Positions 8,766 through 18,192 of a stretch of DNA of 33,064 bases are shown here, piece by piece. The stretch comes from Pseudomonadota bacterium (lineage in GTDB: Bacteria; Pseudomonadota; Gammaproteobacteria; Burkholderiales; Burkholderiaceae_A), in NCBI GenBank assembly GCA_039800265.1, contig JBDLRC010000103.1:1-33064 (forward strand), read 5' to 3'. The notes under the pieces are model-generated. The model saw nothing but the letters and a program-made list of their open reading frames with translations, did no database searches and was not told where the DNA came from. Position 1 is the first letter of the stretch. Every line of letters starts with the position of its first letter. A program made the translations under genes and the position numbers.

Positions 8766-10562
8766 ATGCGCTCTCATTACGCCGGCTCTGTGTGCAAAGA
8801 GCAACTCGGTCAGCAGGTCACTCTGTGTGGCTGGGTCCATCGTCGTCGCGACCACGGTGGCGTTATTTTTATCGATCTGCGTGACCGAGAGGGCCTGGCC
8901 CAGGTGGTCTGCGATCCCGATCGGCCCGAGATGTTTGCGATTGCCGAGACACTGCGCAATGAGTTCTGCGTGCAGGTCAAGGGCCTGGTCCGTGACCGCC
9001 CGGCCGGCACTGTGAACACCAATCTGAAGAGTGGCGCGGTCGAAATTCTGTGCCATGACATCGTCGTTCTGAACCCATCGGTGACGCCACCCTTTCAGCT
9101 TGACGATGACAATCTTTCTGAAACAACGCGTCTCACCCATCGTGTGCTGGATCTTCGCCGGCCATTCATGCAGAAAAATCTGATGCTGCGTTACCGAGTG
9201 GCGATGGAAGTCCGCCGTTATCTGGACGCACAGGGTTTTGTCGATATTGAGACGCCTATGCTCACCAAATCAACGCCAGAGGGTGCGCGGGACTACCTCG
9301 TGCCGTCTCGGGTCAATGCGGGGGAGTTTTTTGCATTGCCTCAGTCGCCGCAACTCTTTAAGCAGCTGCTGATGGTGTCGGGATTTGATCGGTACTACCA
9401 GATCACTAAATGTTTTCGTGATGAAGATCTGAGGGCCGACCGTCAGCCCGAATTTACCCAGATCGATTGTGAAACCTCGTTTTTAAACGAGCAGGAAATC
9501 CGGGATCTGTTTGAGCGGATGATTCGCCATGTGTTCGCTTCGGTGCTGGAGGTGGCCTTGCCCGAGTCGTTCCCGGTCATGACCTACGGCGAGGCGACGG
9601 CCCGTTTCGGATCGGACAAGCCCGATCTGCGGGTGGCGTTGGAATTCACCGAGCTCACTGACGTGATGAAGCAGGTGGAGTTCAAAGTATTTTCAGAGCC
9701 TGCCAATCATCCGAAGGGCCGCGTGGCCGGTCTGCGCATTCCCGGCGGTGGCGGATTGTCGCGGGGTGAGATCGATGGCTATACCGAGTTTGTCAAGATC
9801 TATGGCGCCAAGGGCCTCGCGTGGATCAAGGTCAACGAGCGGGCCAAGGGCCGTGATGGTCTTCAGTCTCCGATCGTTAAAAATCTCAGCGACGATGCCC
9901 TCACGGCGATTCTCGAGCGCTCTGGTGCACAAGATGGCGATCTGATTTTCTTCGGTGCCGACAAAGCCAAGGTCGTGAACGATGCGCTCGGGGCGTTGCG
10001 ACTAAAAATTGGTCACAGCGATTTTGCGAAGGAGCGGCAGCTGTTCACAGCAGGCTGGCGGCCTCTCTGGGTCGTGGACTTCCCCATGTTTGAGCATGAT
10101 GAAGAGGACGATCGATGGGTCGCGGTGCACCATCCCTTTACGGCACCGAAGGATGGGCATGAGCAGCGTATGACCACCGATCCCGGCGGCTGCCTTGCCA
10201 AGGCTTATGACATGGTCCTGAACGGCTGGGAACTCGGCGGCGGTTCGGTGCGTATCCATCGTGAGGACGTCCAGAGCACTGTTTTCCGTGCCTTGAAAAT
10301 CGGCCCGGAAGAGGCGGCAGCAAAATTTGGATTTCTGCTCGAGGCACTGCAGTACGGCGCCCCACCCCATGGCGGCATCGCGTTTGGCCTGGACCGTCTT
10401 GTCACCCTCATGTCAGGTGCAGAGAGTATCCGCGATGTGATTGCCTTTCCCAAGACGCAGCGCGCCCAATGTTTGCTTACGCAGGCGCCGTCTGCGGTCG
10501 ATGAAAAACAGCTGCGCGAGCTCCACATTCGTCTGCGCGAGACACCTAAGATCGCAGGCTGA
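8766..10562 (+). CDS. aspS: Aspartate--tRNA ligase, probably non-discriminating Asp/Asn type
   Basis: [58 protein letters not shown]; start at ATG 8766. Confidence 0.98.
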   Translation: MRSHYAGSVCKEQLGQQVTLCGWVHRRRDHGGVIFIDLRDREGLAQVVCDPDRPEMFAIAETLRNEFCVQVKGLVRDRPAGTVNTNLKSGAVEILCHDIVVLNPSVTPPFQLDDDNLSETTRLTHRVLDLRRPFMQKNLMLRYRVAMEVRRYLDAQGFVDIETPMLTKSTPEGARDYLVPSRVNAGEFFALPQSPQLFKQLLMVSGFDRYYQITKCFRDEDLRADRQPEFTQIDCETSFLNEQEIRDLFERMIRHVFASVLEVALPESFPVMTYGEATARFGSDKPDLRVALEFTELTDVMKQVEFKVFSEPANHPKGRVAGLRIPGGGGLSRGEIDGYTEFVKIYGAKGLAWIKVNERAKGRDGLQSPIVKNLSDDALTAILERSGAQDGDLIFFGADKAKVVNDALGALRLKIGHSDFAKERQLFTAGWRPLWVVDFPMFEHDEEDDRWVAVHHPFTAPKDGHEQRMTTDPGGCLAKAYDMVLNGWELGGGSVRIHREDVQSTVFRALKIGPEEAAAKFGFLLEALQYGAPPHGGIAFGLDRLVTLMSGAESIRDVIAFPKTQRAQCLLTQAPSAVDEKQLRELHIRLRETPKIAG

Positions 10563-10568
10563 TCGGCT

Positions 10569-11174
10569 GTGAAAACCGCGCTGGTCTACGCCCTCGTGGC
10601 CGTCGCGCTTGGCATGGCGGTCGCATTGGGTCGGCGCGACATCGGCTGGGTGGCCCATCCGGCGTGGATACTGATCCCGTCGCTGGCAAGCGCCTTGATT
10701 GTGGTTAGCGTCTCCCGTTTCATTGGCTTCCCGCGTGTTTTGCAAGTACCGCCGCAGCGCCAATTTGCGCTTGGCGTAGGCATGGTCTTGGCCAGCCTTG
10801 CGGTGGTGGTGGCCACTGAATTCTCGATGTCATTTCAATTACCCTCGCGTGGCGCGCTGGTGGTGGGGTTGGCCTTGGGTCTGGCCGGTGTCGGCGCATG
10901 GATTGAGCGCGATGCCAGCGTGTCGGGCGCAAAGATTGCGGTGCTGCTCTTGTACCTTGCTTCCGGCACCGTCGCCATTTCCACACTGTTTACCAACCTT
11001 CCGCCTGCGGCGTTTTGGGTCGTAAGTGCGATTGTTCCAGCGTGGCAGGCCCGACGACTCGTATCCAAAGGCGACCTGACATCTGCATTCCAACTGCTCA
11101 ATGCATCGACGCGTGTTTTTCTCGCGGTTTTGGCGGTGGCGCTGTGGCTGCCTGCTCTTTTGTCGTTTCGATAG
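10569..11174 (+). CDS. Hypothetical integral membrane protein (MenA/UbiA-like termini, no catalytic Asp motifs)
   Basis: About 6-7 hydrophobic segments; fills the gap between aspS and nudB on the operon strand. Confidence 0.7.
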   Translation: MKTALVYALVAVALGMAVALGRRDIGWVAHPAWILIPSLASALIVVSVSRFIGFPRVLQVPPQRQFALGVGMVLASLAVVVATEFSMSFQLPSRGALVVGLALGLAGVGAWIERDASVSGAKIAVLLLYLASGTVAISTLFTNLPPAAFWVVSAIVPAWQARRLVSKGDLTSAFQLLNASTRVFLAVLAVALWLPALLSFR

Positions 11175-11187
11175 ACAGGATTCATCC

Positions 11188-11685
11188 GTGGCCGGAACAA
11201 AAATTCCAGAATCTGTCTTGGTGATCGTTCATACCAACGACCTTCAGGTTTTACTCTTAGAGCGCGCCGATCACCCTGGTTTTTGGCAGTCGGTCACGGG
11301 TAGCCGTGATCATTGGCAGGAGCCGCTCGCGGAGACCGCGCGCCGAGAGCTTTGGGAGGAGACGGGCATTGACGTGGAGCGGCTCGCCCCCTCTGCGCTT
11401 CTGGACTGGGGGTTTTCTCAGACCTACGAGATTTATCCACATTGGCGGCACCGTTATCCGGAAGGCGTGACCGAGAATGTGGAACATGTGTTCAGTGTAT
11501 GCGTTCCTTCCGACGTATCGATTTCATTGTCAGCCCGGGAGCATCTGCGCTACGAGTGGTGCCCCTGGCAGGTTGCAGCTGAGCGCTGTTTTTCGTGGAG
11601 CAATGCCCAGGCCCTGCGTGAACTTCCCCGTCGTGTGGGCCTGCCGCCCGATGTGGCGCCTCACGCCACTCCTGATCGACTCTGA
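11188..11685 (+). CDS. nudB: Dihydroneopterin triphosphate diphosphatase (Nudix)
   Basis: KIPESVLV, FWQSVTGS, Nudix box ARRELWEETG, YEIYPHWRHRY, FSWSN; GTG start at 11188 after AGGA. Confidence 0.93.
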   Translation: MAGTKIPESVLVIVHTNDLQVLLLERADHPGFWQSVTGSRDHWQEPLAETARRELWEETGIDVERLAPSALLDWGFSQTYEIYPHWRHRYPEGVTENVEHVFSVCVPSDVSISLSAREHLRYEWCPWQVAAERCFSWSNAQALRELPRRVGLPPDVAPHATPDRL

Positions 11686-11694
11686 CGCGTAGCC

Positions 11695-12936
11695 ATGGGT
11701 GCACCGCCGTCTGCCGTTCGATTGCTGCAGGGCGCGGATGCCTACTTTCCCGCGTTGATTCAGGCCATCGACGATGCCCGATCGGTGATCTATGTCGAGT
11801 CTTACCTCATTCATGATGACCCACCAACGCGACGGGTTTTGGAGGCCCTGATTCGTGCGCGGGGCCGTGGTGTGGCTGTGTACATGCTGCTTGATGGGTT
11901 TGGTGCGCATCATGCATTGGAGTGGGTGCGCGCATGCTGTGGGCCCAGCGGAATTGAGATCGAACTTTTTCGTCCGGGTGTGCGTTGGCTCGCGCCCAGG
12001 ACATGGCGACGCCTGCACCGCAAACTGGTGTTGATTGATGATCGTGTTGGTTTTGTCGGCGGCATCAACCTTATCGGAGATCAGTTTGATTTGGTGCACG
12101 GCGCATTGGCCGAGCCGCGACTGGATTTTGCAGTCTGCACGACGGCCTCACGTGTGGTGTATCGAATGGCGGCCATCATGCGCCGGTCTTGGTGGCGGGT
12201 CAGTCTTCGTAATGCGGTGCGTGGAAGTCTGCGACGGCTTATGGAGGCATCACATCGATCTTCCGAGCTTGCCCGCGTTCGGGATGCATGGCGCAAGACC
12301 CGCCGCCATCTTCGGCGCCGTCCGCCATCAAACCGCCGTCAAGGCGGGCGACGGATTCGTCTTTTGCTCCGGGACAACCTTCGCCACCGCAGCAGTATTG
12401 AGCGCTGGTATCTGTGGCACATTCGCTCGGCGCAGAACAGCATCGTGATTGCCAATGCTTACTTTGTTCCGACATGGCGATTTCGCCAGGCCTTGATTCG
12501 GGCCGCCCATCGCGGTGTTCGTGTGCGGCTCTTGATTCAAGGCAACAGTGATCAGTGGTGGACCGCCTGGGCTACGCAGGCCCTGATCGGTGAGCTTGTC
12601 GCCAGTGGGGTCGAAGTCTATGAATACACAGCGAGCTTTCTCCATGCCAAGGTTGCGGTGATCGATCAAGCGGTGACCGTGGGATCGTCGAATATCGATC
12701 CGTTCTCGTTAACACTGTCATTGGAGGCGAATCTGGTCGCCGATGACAGTGCCATTGCAGCCGAGCTCACCGAATGCCTCGACGCTGCGATGGCGCAATC
12801 GTCTCGACGACTGCAGCCGATCCCGGTGCGGGCAACCATGCTTAAGACTGTGTTTCGCTCGCTGGGCTTGACCATAGCTTTAACCGCGCTGCGGGTGTTT
12901 GTGGCCTTTAGTCGCACGGGATTTCGGATTCGGTAA
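11695..12936 (+). CDS. clsB: Cardiolipin synthase B-like phospholipase D
   Basis: Two HKD motifs (HRKLVLID...GGIN; HAKVAVID...GSSNIDP), ANAYFVP; no N-terminal TM anchor; follows nudB. Confidence 0.85.
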   Translation: MGAPPSAVRLLQGADAYFPALIQAIDDARSVIYVESYLIHDDPPTRRVLEALIRARGRGVAVYMLLDGFGAHHALEWVRACCGPSGIEIELFRPGVRWLAPRTWRRLHRKLVLIDDRVGFVGGINLIGDQFDLVHGALAEPRLDFAVCTTASRVVYRMAAIMRRSWWRVSLRNAVRGSLRRLMEASHRSSELARVRDAWRKTRRHLRRRPPSNRRQGGRRIRLLLRDNLRHRSSIERWYLWHIRSAQNSIVIANAYFVPTWRFRQALIRAAHRGVRVRLLIQGNSDQWWTAWATQALIGELVASGVEVYEYTASFLHAKVAVIDQAVTVGSSNIDPFSLTLSLEANLVADDSAIAAELTECLDAAMAQSSRRLQPIPVRATMLKTVFRSLGLTIALTALRVFVAFSRTGFRIR

Positions 12937-13820
12937 TGCGATCAACAGCCGCTGCCGGTTGGGATTCGGCAATGCAATCACAAGCACGTGTTGCCGCGCT
13001 TTCGGAATTGCGCGTCTACGGCGTGGACTTTAGCTCCGCGCCGAGCCGAAAAAAACCGATCACGATCGCCGTGGGCACTCTGGTCGGTGATCAGTACTGC
13101 ATGGATCAGGTGGTGGCCGCCCCCGACTTTGGTGCGTTTGATGCATTTCTCATGCATGCTGGCCCGTGGGTGGCCGGGTTTGATCTTCCCTTTAGCATGC
13201 CGCGCGCGTTGATTGAACACTACGGATGGCCCACCACATGGCCTGAGTTTATTCAGTGGTATGGCCAACAGGATCGAGCCGTGCTGCGGGGGTGTTTTAA
13301 AGCATTTTGTGACGCACGGCCTGCCGGACAGAAGTACGTTTACCGTCAGACCGATCGGCCCGCAGGCTCAAGTCCGGCCATGCGCTGGACAAATCCGCCA
13401 GTGGCCTGGATGGCCCATGCCGGTGCGCCGCGGCTCCTGCGTGCAGGGCTCACGCTGCCCGGTCTCTGCGTGGGCGCTGATCCTGAGGCCGCCCAACGCA
13501 TTGGGCTTGAGGCGTATCCGGGCTTTACTGCCCGCAAAGTCTCGACACGATCCTACAAGAGTGATGAGGTTGCCAAGCAGACCGAGGAGCGACGTCACGT
13601 GCGCGAGCAGCTCTTGGGCGCACTCATTGCAGGCCGGGCAGGGCTCTCGGTTCGGCTGTCTGCCTCGCATCCATGGCGGCTCGCCATGGTGGCCGATGGG
13701 TCGGGGGATCTGATCGATGCCGCCATTTGCGCCCTTCAGGCGGCCCACGCGGTGCGTCAGCCCCGGTTTGGATTTCCCGATCGTGTCGATCCCCTCGAGG
13801 GCTGGATTGCCTCTGTATAA
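12936..13820 (+). CDS. DUF429 family protein (predicted RNase H-fold nuclease)
   Basis: GVDFSSAP, GFDLPF, RQTD, LEAYPG, DLIDAAIC, EGWI motifs; TAATG overlap with clsB (alternative start 12972). Confidence 0.8.
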   Translation: MRSTAAAGWDSAMQSQARVAALSELRVYGVDFSSAPSRKKPITIAVGTLVGDQYCMDQVVAAPDFGAFDAFLMHAGPWVAGFDLPFSMPRALIEHYGWPTTWPEFIQWYGQQDRAVLRGCFKAFCDARPAGQKYVYRQTDRPAGSSPAMRWTNPPVAWMAHAGAPRLLRAGLTLPGLCVGADPEAAQRIGLEAYPGFTARKVSTRSYKSDEVAKQTEERRHVREQLLGALIAGRAGLSVRLSASHPWRLAMVADGSGDLIDAAICALQAAHAVRQPRFGFPDRVDPLEGWIASV

Positions 13821-13831
13821 GATGCCAGGCT

Positions 13832-15661
13832 ATGCGTCATCACTCGACCATCGAACGTCCTAGTAAGACTTACCCTACACCCGAGGGTGCCCCCAAGGGT
13901 GAATGGGAAACGCTCAAGGCGCTGCTGCCTTACCTGTGGCAGTACAAGGGCCGCGTCGCACTCGCACTCGCATGCTTGGTGCTTGCCAAGGTCGCCAATG
14001 TGGCGGTGCCGGTTGTTCTCAAAGACATTGTGGATCACGTGAGCGCTTCGCCGGGTATCGCGGTGGCGGCAGTGCCGATGGCCTTGATTCTTGGTTATGG
14101 GGCCATGCGTGTCATGACTACGGTCTTTACAGAATTACGCGAGGTGGTCTTTGCCCGCGTCACGCAGCAGGCCGTGCGCAGAATTGCCTTGCAGGTGTTC
14201 GAGCATCTGCATGCGCTCTCGTTGCGCTTTCATTTGGATCGGCAGACTGGCGGCCTTACGCGCGATATCGAGCGCGGGACACGCGGCGTCTCCAGCCTTG
14301 TCTCGTTTACGTTGTACTCGATTCTTCCTACCATTCTCGAGGTAGGCATGGTCTTGGCATGGCTCGTGATCCACTACGAGATTTGGTTTGCAGTAATTAC
14401 CGTGGTGGCATTAACGGTGTATGTGGCCTATACGGTCATCGTCACCAATTGGCGCACGAATCTTCGGCGCACGATGAACGATCTTGATTCTCGGGCCAAC
14501 ACCCGGGCTGTCGATTCCCTGTTGAATTACGAGACCGTCAAATACTTTAATAACGAGCGCTTTGAGGCGGACCGTTACGATCGAAGCCTGGGCCGCTGGC
14601 AGGAGGCGGCGATTAAAAACCAGACCTCATTGTCGGTGTTGAACATTGGACAGGCCCTGATCATTTCGGTTGCGGTAACGCTCATGGTCTGGCGCGCGAC
14701 GGTCGGCGTGGTGGAGGGGCGCATGACCCTGGGCGATCTGGTCTTGGTCAATGCATTCATGATCCAGCTCTACATCCCCCTTAATTTTCTCGGTGTGCTC
14801 TATCGCGAGATCAAGCAGAGTCTGGCCGATATGGAGAGAATGTTTGGCCTGATGGCCGAACACCGCGAGGTGGATGATCGTGCCCATGCGACGCCACTAC
14901 GGGGTGGGCCCGGCGAGGTCCTTTTTGAAAAGGTGTCGTTTGCCTACGATCCGGCACGCCAGATCTTGCACGATGTGACCCTGCGCTTGCCGGCCGGCCA
15001 GACCACTGCCGTCGTGGGCTCCTCGGGTGCGGGTAAGTCCACGCTGTCACGGCTGCTTTATCGGTTTTACGATGTCGATCGGGGTGCGATTCGGATCGAC
15101 GGCCAAGATATTCGAGACCTGACGCAGAGCAGTCTGCGTGCTGCGATTGCGATCGTGCCGCAGGACACGGTGCTTTTCAACGACACCCTCGAACACAACA
15201 TTCGTTATGGGCGGCCCTCGGCCAGTGATGCCGAGGTGGCCGCAGTGGCCGAAGCGGCCCACCTCTCCCGATTCATCGCCTCTTTGCCTGACGGCCTCAA
15301 TACCCGCGTGGGTGAGCGGGGATTAAAACTCTCCGGTGGCGAGAAGCAGCGGGTCGCGATTGCACGGGCATTGCTTAAAAATCCAGCGATTCTCATTTTT
15401 GATGAGGCCACATCGGCATTGGACTCGGAATCGGAGAAGGCGATCCAGCAGGAGCTCGTCGAGATCTCGAAAGGACGCACCACATTGGTGATTGCCCATC
15501 GCTTATCGACCATCATCGACGCAGACCAGATCGTTGTGCTGGAGGGTGGCCGGGTGGTCGAGGTCGGCCGGCATGCCGAGCTATTGGCCCGCCCTGGGCG
15601 CTACGCGGAACTGTGGGAGCTTCAGGACCGAGAGTCCCGGCGTATTAGTAGTTTCCCGTAG
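13832..15661 (+). CDS. ATM1/ABCB7-type ABC half-transporter (permease plus ATPase)
   Basis: FHLDRQTGGLTRDIERG, DSLLNYETVKYF, PLNFLG, Walker A GSSGAGKS, LSGGEKQR, DEATSALD; start at 13832. Confidence 0.95.
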   Translation: MRHHSTIERPSKTYPTPEGAPKGEWETLKALLPYLWQYKGRVALALACLVLAKVANVAVPVVLKDIVDHVSASPGIAVAAVPMALILGYGAMRVMTTVFTELREVVFARVTQQAVRRIALQVFEHLHALSLRFHLDRQTGGLTRDIERGTRGVSSLVSFTLYSILPTILEVGMVLAWLVIHYEIWFAVITVVALTVYVAYTVIVTNWRTNLRRTMNDLDSRANTRAVDSLLNYETVKYFNNERFEADRYDRSLGRWQEAAIKNQTSLSVLNIGQALIISVAVTLMVWRATVGVVEGRMTLGDLVLVNAFMIQLYIPLNFLGVLYREIKQSLADMERMFGLMAEHREVDDRAHATPLRGGPGEVLFEKVSFAYDPARQILHDVTLRLPAGQTTAVVGSSGAGKSTLSRLLYRFYDVDRGAIRIDGQDIRDLTQSSLRAAIAIVPQDTVLFNDTLEHNIRYGRPSASDAEVAAVAEAAHLSRFIASLPDGLNTRVGERGLKLSGGEKQRVAIARALLKNPAILIFDEATSALDSESEKAIQQELVEISKGRTTLVIAHRLSTIIDADQIVVLEGGRVVEVGRHAELLARPGRYAELWELQDRESRRISSFP

Positions 15662-15748
15662 GCCCGGGCCGGCGTTTAATGGCAAGATTCTTCCACGTTC
15701 CGCGTGGAACTTACGTGATTCTTTTAGTTAACCCTCATAGGTGAAAGC

Positions 15749-16648
15749 ATGAAAAAGAAAATAGCCGCGATAGCGGTTGGTTTGGTGGCATTGAGCGTCT
15801 CGGGCGTAGCATCGGCCGACACCCTGGCCAAAGTTAAGCAGTCTGGAGTGTTCACCATCGGTCATCGTGACGCATCGATTCCGCTCTCCTACTACGATGA
15901 CAAGCAGCAGCCCATCGGCTATTCCATGGACCTGTGCCTGAAAGTCGCTGATGCGGTTAAAAAAGAGCTGAACCTTCCCAAGATGGAAATCAAATATCAG
16001 CTGGTCACATCGGCCAATCGTATTCCGCTGCTCGCCAACGGCACCGTGGATATCGAGTGTGGTTCGACCACCAACAACGCTGAGCGTCAAAAGCAAGTGT
16101 CTTACCTTCCCACGACCTTCGTGACCGCGAATCGAATCGTTTACAAGAAGAATTCCGGCATCAAGAAATTTGCCGATTTGAAAGGCAAGACGCTGGTCTC
16201 GACTGCTGGTACGACCAACATCAAGCAAGTGACAGAGCTTAATGCAGCTCAAAATCTTGGTATCAATATTGTATCGGCCAATGGCCATGCCGAGTCGTTC
16301 CTGATGGTAGAGACTGGGCGTGCTGCCGCATTTGCAATGGACGATATTCTGCTGGCCGGCCTGGTGGCTAACTCCAAGACCCCTGGTGATTTCGAGATCT
16401 CCAGCGAGGCCTTGTCGGTTGAGCCTTACGGCATTATGGTCCGTAAAGATGATCCCAAGTTTAAAAAGCTTGCAGACGGTGTCATCACGGGACTCATGAA
16501 GTCGGGTGAGATCAACAAGATCTATGACAAGTGGTTCTTGAAGCCGATTCCCCCCAAGAACATCAACATGAACATTCCGATGAGCGCCAACTTGAAGAAA
16601 GTTGTGGCCAACCCGACCGACTCGCCGGATCCTGCCGCATACCAGTAA
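15749..16648 (+). CDS. gltI: Glutamate/aspartate ABC transporter substrate-binding protein
   Basis: Signal peptide, GHRDASIPLSY, NRIPLL.NGTVDIECGSTTNN.ER, AFAMDDILL. Confidence 0.93.
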   Translation: MKKKIAAIAVGLVALSVSGVASADTLAKVKQSGVFTIGHRDASIPLSYYDDKQQPIGYSMDLCLKVADAVKKELNLPKMEIKYQLVTSANRIPLLANGTVDIECGSTTNNAERQKQVSYLPTTFVTANRIVYKKNSGIKKFADLKGKTLVSTAGTTNIKQVTELNAAQNLGINIVSANGHAESFLMVETGRAAAFAMDDILLAGLVANSKTPGDFEISSEALSVEPYGIMVRKDDPKFKKLADGVITGLMKSGEINKIYDKWFLKPIPPKNINMNIPMSANLKKVVANPTDSPDPAAYQ

Positions 16649-16677
16649 TTATTTAGCGTTCTGGTTTTTTGTTTTAG

Positions 16678-16708
16678 AAAGGGGGGAGCATTCGTTCCCC
16701 CTTTTTTT
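16678..16708 (+). terminator. Intrinsic terminator after gltI
   Basis: AAAGGGGGGAGC attc GTTCCCCCTTTTTTT. Confidence 0.8.
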
Positions 16709-16721
16709 AATGGAGTCTGGT

Positions 16722-17432
16722 GTGAAGCGATTGGGCATTCTTGGTGGTATGGGGCCGGAAGCAGCGATTGACCTGCAGTACAAGGTGCTGCGTCAGACGG
16801 CTGCCCACACCGATCAAGAACACCTTCCGGTGGTGGTCTGGAATGTGCCGCAGATCCCTGATCGATCGGCGGCGATTTTCGGCACCGGGCGATCCCCTCT
16901 GCCGGAAATGCAGGCCGGTGTAGCGGGGCTTGTGCAAATGGGGGCGCAGTGCATCGCGATCGCCTGCAACACGGCCCACCACTGGCATGCCGAGCTGCAG
17001 GCCTCGGTGCCGGTGCCTGTGCTGCATATCGCAGATGCTTGTTGTGAGATGCTGGTTGCGGATCGAGTCCGTCGTGTGGCTTTGTTGTCGACCCGGGGCA
17101 CGCTTGCCTCAGGGTTTTATCAGCAGCGTCTGGCCGACGCCGGGTTTGATCTTCTGTTGCCGACCGATCAGCAGCTGGAGCACATCGTGAGCGGGATTGG
17201 GCTGATCAAAGCGGGCCAGCATGATGCAGCCGTTCAATCGATTGCCTCGGTGGTCGACGATCTCTGTGCCCAAGGCGTTGAGCGCATCCTTTTGGCGTGC
17301 ACCGAGTTACCATTGGTGCTGGGTCGGTTAGCCGTTCGCGAGATCTGTATCGATGCTACTGATGCCTTGGCCCGGGCTGCGGTTCGGGCATGCCGAACCT
17401 CGGCAACTTCTCCGCAAGGTGAACGCCAATGA
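16722..17432 (+). CDS. Aspartate/glutamate racemase family protein
   Basis: LGILGGMGP, DQEH, IPDRS, two catalytic Cys motifs ACNTAH and ACTEL; GTG start after GGAG. Confidence 0.93.
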   Translation: MKRLGILGGMGPEAAIDLQYKVLRQTAAHTDQEHLPVVVWNVPQIPDRSAAIFGTGRSPLPEMQAGVAGLVQMGAQCIAIACNTAHHWHAELQASVPVPVLHIADACCEMLVADRVRRVALLSTRGTLASGFYQQRLADAGFDLLLPTDQQLEHIVSGIGLIKAGQHDAAVQSIASVVDDLCAQGVERILLACTELPLVLGRLAVREICIDATDALARAAVRACRTSATSPQGERQ

Positions 17433-18190
17433 ATTACAACTGGAATTGGGGAATCTTCTTTCAGATGGAGCCCGGAGCAACGGGTACCTACCTGAACTAT
17501 TTGATCGGCGGACTTGTCTGGACGCTGATCACGGCCGCACTGGCCTGGATCATCGCGCTTGTCCTTGGTATTGCGGTTGGTACGCTGCGTACCACGGGCC
17601 ACAAGGGTATTGAGCGGGTTTGTTTTGCTTATACCGAGCTCTTTCGTAACGTGCCGCTCTTGGTGCAAATGTTCCTTTGGTATTTCGTGCTTCCTGAGCT
17701 GGTGCCCAAAGGCCTCGGTGATGCGATCAAGGCAATGCCGCCGCCTTGGGCGTCATTGGTCCCGGCGGTGCTTTGCCTGGGAACATTCATGTCGGTACGC
17801 GTGGCCGAACAGGTTCGCTCCGGCATCCAGTCGTTGCCCCGTGGCCAGCAGATGGCCGGGCTGGCCATTGGCCTGACCCGTGCACAGACCTATCGTTATG
17901 TGCTGCTGCCCATGGTGTTTCGCATCATCTTGCCGCCTTTGACCTCCGAGTTTCTGAACACGATCAAGAACAGTTCACTCGCACTGACGATCGGCCTGAT
18001 GGAATTGACGGCCCGAGCCCGGGCAATGCAAGAATTTAGTTTTCAGGTGTTCGAGGCTTTTGCCGCGGCCACGGTGATTTATCTGATGGTCAATCTCCTG
18101 GTGGTGTTGGCCATGCGTCAGGTGGAACGCAAGATCCGTGTTCCCGGGTTTATCGGCAGCCAGAATCAGGCCGCTGCAGCGGGGCATTGA
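17429..18190 (+). CDS. gltJ: Glutamate/aspartate ABC permease
   Basis: MNYNWNW, ELFRNVPLLVQ.F.WYF, EQVRSGI EAA loop, PPLTSEF. Confidence 0.93.
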   Translation: MNYNWNWGIFFQMEPGATGTYLNYLIGGLVWTLITAALAWIIALVLGIAVGTLRTTGHKGIERVCFAYTELFRNVPLLVQMFLWYFVLPELVPKGLGDAIKAMPPPWASLVPAVLCLGTFMSVRVAEQVRSGIQSLPRGQQMAGLAIGLTRAQTYRYVLLPMVFRIILPPLTSEFLNTIKNSSLALTIGLMELTARARAMQEFSFQVFEAFAAATVIYLMVNLLVVLAMRQVERKIRVPGFIGSQNQAAAAGH

Positions 18191-18192
18191 TC

